A DNA stretch of 64,000 nt from Candidatus Lambdaproteobacteria bacterium RIFOXYD2_FULL_56_26 (GTDB lineage: Bacteria; SAR324; XYD2-FULL-50-16). Positions 62,326-64,000 of the stretch are shown here, piece after piece. The position numbers were made by a program, and so were the translations under genes. The DNA lies in contig MFNF01000061.1 of the NCBI GenBank assembly GCA_001783715.1, forward strand, positions 6,722 through 70,721, written 5' to 3'. Below the pieces are notes generated by a model. It saw only the letters and a list, made by a program, of their open reading frames with translations. It ran no database searches and had not been told where the DNA came from. Every line of letters starts with the position of its first letter. The stretch's first letter is position 1.

Positions 62326-63153
62326 TTAGAAACTGGATTTCAGGAAGCGGACCACCGAAAGGGTGCCGCCTGCCGTTTTGGATTGGCCTTCCAGCCATGC
62401 CGCCACGGACTTGTCCGGCTCTTTAACGAAGTTCTGGTCCATAAGACAGATCTCCTTTTTGTATTTTTTGAGCCGTCCTTCCACCATTTTTTCCAAGATT
62501 TCCATCGGTTTCCCGGAATCCTTGGCTTGGTCGATCAAAAAGGCCTTTTCTTTTTCCAAGACTTTGGGGTCCAGGTCTTTTTCGCTGACCGCTTCCACTT
62601 GACAAGCGGCAATGTGCATGGCGATTTCCTTGGCCACTTCAATCGCCTTGGCCTTGTTGGCCTCGCCCAGGCTCAGTTCGACCAACACACCGATCTTGCC
62701 TTTGCCGTGAACGTAGGTGCCAATCGCCCCAGCTTGGGTATTCCAGCCTTCTGCTTGCAGCACAACCATGTTCTCGCCCATCTTGGCAATGGCACCCACC
62801 AAATCGGTCTTGACCGTTTCGGTGAAGCCTTCCGTGCTCTTCACGCCAGCGCTGGCCTTTTGGGCCAAGCTGCCAACAAAGGCTTGGAAGCTGTCGTTGA
62901 TTGCCACAAAGTCGGTCTCGCAAGCGAGCTTCACCAACCCAGCCTTGGAACCATCACAAAAGACGGCGATAGCGCCTTCTTTGGTTTCACGGGAGGATTT
63001 TTTGTCGGCGCTGGCTTGGCCTTTTTTGCGCAAAAATTCTTTGGCTGCTTCCATGTCGCCGGAGGTTTCATCCAGCGCCTTTTTACAATCCATCATGGCT
63101 GCGCCGGTCATTTCGCGCAGATCCTTTACCATTGCGGCGGTAATCGTTGCCAT
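62326..63153 (-). CDS. tsf: translation elongation factor Ts
   Basis: N-terminal UBA-like EF-Ts motif (VKDLREMTGAAMMDCKKAL) and dimerisation domain. Confidence 0.93.
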   Translation of the reverse strand: MATITAAMVKDLREMTGAAMMDCKKALDETSGDMEAAKEFLRKKGQASADKKSSRETKEGAIAVFCDGSKAGLVKLACETDFVAINDSFQAFVGSLAQKASAGVKSTEGFTETVKTDLVGAIAKMGENMVVLQAEGWNTQAGAIGTYVHGKGKIGVLVELSLGEANKAKAIEVAKEIAMHIAACQVEAVSEKDLDPKVLEKEKAFLIDQAKDSGKPMEILEKMVEGRLKKYKKEICLMDQNFVKEPDKSVAAWLEGQSKTAGGTLSVVRFLKSSF

Positions 63154-63280
63154 GCTCTTCTCTCTCTAAGTTTGGCTGTCTTTGGCCGTAGTGTCTGGCC
63201 AATCTTTTGGGTAAAAGAGGCTCGAAGTCTCCTTCGAGCCTCTCTGGACGGGGTTGCGATGGTTTGGGCCGCCAGGGGCT

Positions 63281-64000
63281 TTACGCCTCCGGGGTGCCTT
63301 CTTCGGTCTCTTCGGTTCCGTCTTCTTCTTCCTCTGCGTCTTCGATCCGGTCAACCACACCGCCTTTGGATTCGTAGGCTTTGCGGCCTTCCAAGGAAGC
63401 GGCGGAGATCACCGAGCAGTAAAGCTCAATGGCGTGGGCCGAGTCGTCGTTGCCGGGGATGACAAAGTCAACGCCCCGAGGGTCACAGTTGGAGTCCACC
63501 ACGGCGATGACCGGGATGCCCAAGGTTTTGGCTTCCTTGAGGGCGATGGATTCCCTTTTGAGGTCAATGATAAAGACCGCAGCCGGTGGTTTTTTCAGGT
63601 CCCGAATCCCGCCCAAAACCGCTTCCAGCTTTTTGCGTTCCTTCTCGAACCGGACGGCTTCTTTTTTGATGATCCCAGGGTAGTCTCCGTCGGGTCCGCT
63701 CATCTCCTCAATCTCTTTGAGTTTGGCGATGGAGGCCTTGACGGTCTGGAAGTTGGTCATCATCCCGCCCAACCAGCGCAGGTTGACGAAGTAGTTGCCC
63801 GAGCCCAAGGCCTGTTCGGCGATGATCTCTCTGGCTTGGAACTTGGTCCCCACAAAGAGAATCTTCCCGCCGTTCGACGAGATGTTGTAAACGTAGTTGT
63901 ACACGTCTTTGAGGGCCTGCATGCTTTTGCGCAGGTCCAAGATATAGATCCCGGCTTTTTGGCCGTAGATGTAATCCTTCATCTTAGGGTGCCAGCGCTC
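63281..64000 (-). CDS. rpsB: 30S ribosomal protein S2 (5' end beyond window edge)
   Basis: S2 core plus acidic C-terminal tail; reverse complement of 63983-64000 still reads ...ERWHPKMK, so the N-terminus lies outside the window. Confidence 0.9.
   Translation of the reverse strand, partial: ERWHPKMKDYIYGQKAGIYILDLRKSMQALKDVYNYVYNISSNGGKILFVGTKFQAREIIAEQALGSGNYFVNLRWLGGMMTNFQTVKASIAKLKEIEEMSGPDGDYPGIIKKEAVRFEKERKKLEAVLGGIRDLKKPPAAVFIIDLKRESIALKEAKTLGIPVIAVVDSNCDPRGVDFVIPGNDDSAHAIELYCSVISAASLEGRKAYESKGGVVDRIEDAEEEEDGTEETEEGTPEA

Noticed and set aside
62278-63462. 394-aa + strand ORF overlapping tsf and rpsB
   Set aside because: It is antisense to two universally conserved translation genes.

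Overview
High-GC (~60%) bacterial chromosome segment. Its centrepiece is a complete reductive-type dissimilatory sulfite reductase locus, colinear on the + strand at 9964-19409: dsrC, dsrA, dsrB, dsrD, an IscA/DsrR-like ORF, a possible DsrT-like ORF, dsrM, dsrK, dsrJ, dsrO, dsrP and a trailing acidic ORF. It is preceded by an unusually AT-rich control region. dsrD is present and dsrEFH/dsrL are absent, so the host is probably a sulfite/sulfate reducer or sulfur disproportionator; phylum cannot be assigned from sequence alone. The rest of the window is mostly housekeeping and signalling genes. These include the purine genes purA, purN, purB and a PurD-PurE fusion; a tig-clpP-clpX operon whose ClpP homologue lacks the catalytic Ser and His; and clpB. 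Queuosine genes queA, queD and queE are present, as are pyrH, tsf, a partial rpsB, tRNA-Gly(GCC) and two HU paralogues. Signalling genes comprise two hybrid sensor kinases (one paired with a periplasmic binding protein), two chemoreceptors (one with a CZB zinc-binding domain), two tandem Hsp20 genes, and a surface/envelope cluster with an Ig-like/Kelch lipoprotein, TlpA and a FecR-domain protein. Accessory or decaying elements are a degenerate IS5-family (IS427-group) element, plus an inverted partial copy, bracketing a lower-GC CPBP-protease gene; a lipoprotein gene split by a perfect 23-bp tandem duplication; and a GGDEF remnant broken at poly-G tracts. No CRISPR array or rRNA was found. Many long ORFs antisense to conserved genes are GC-driven artefacts.
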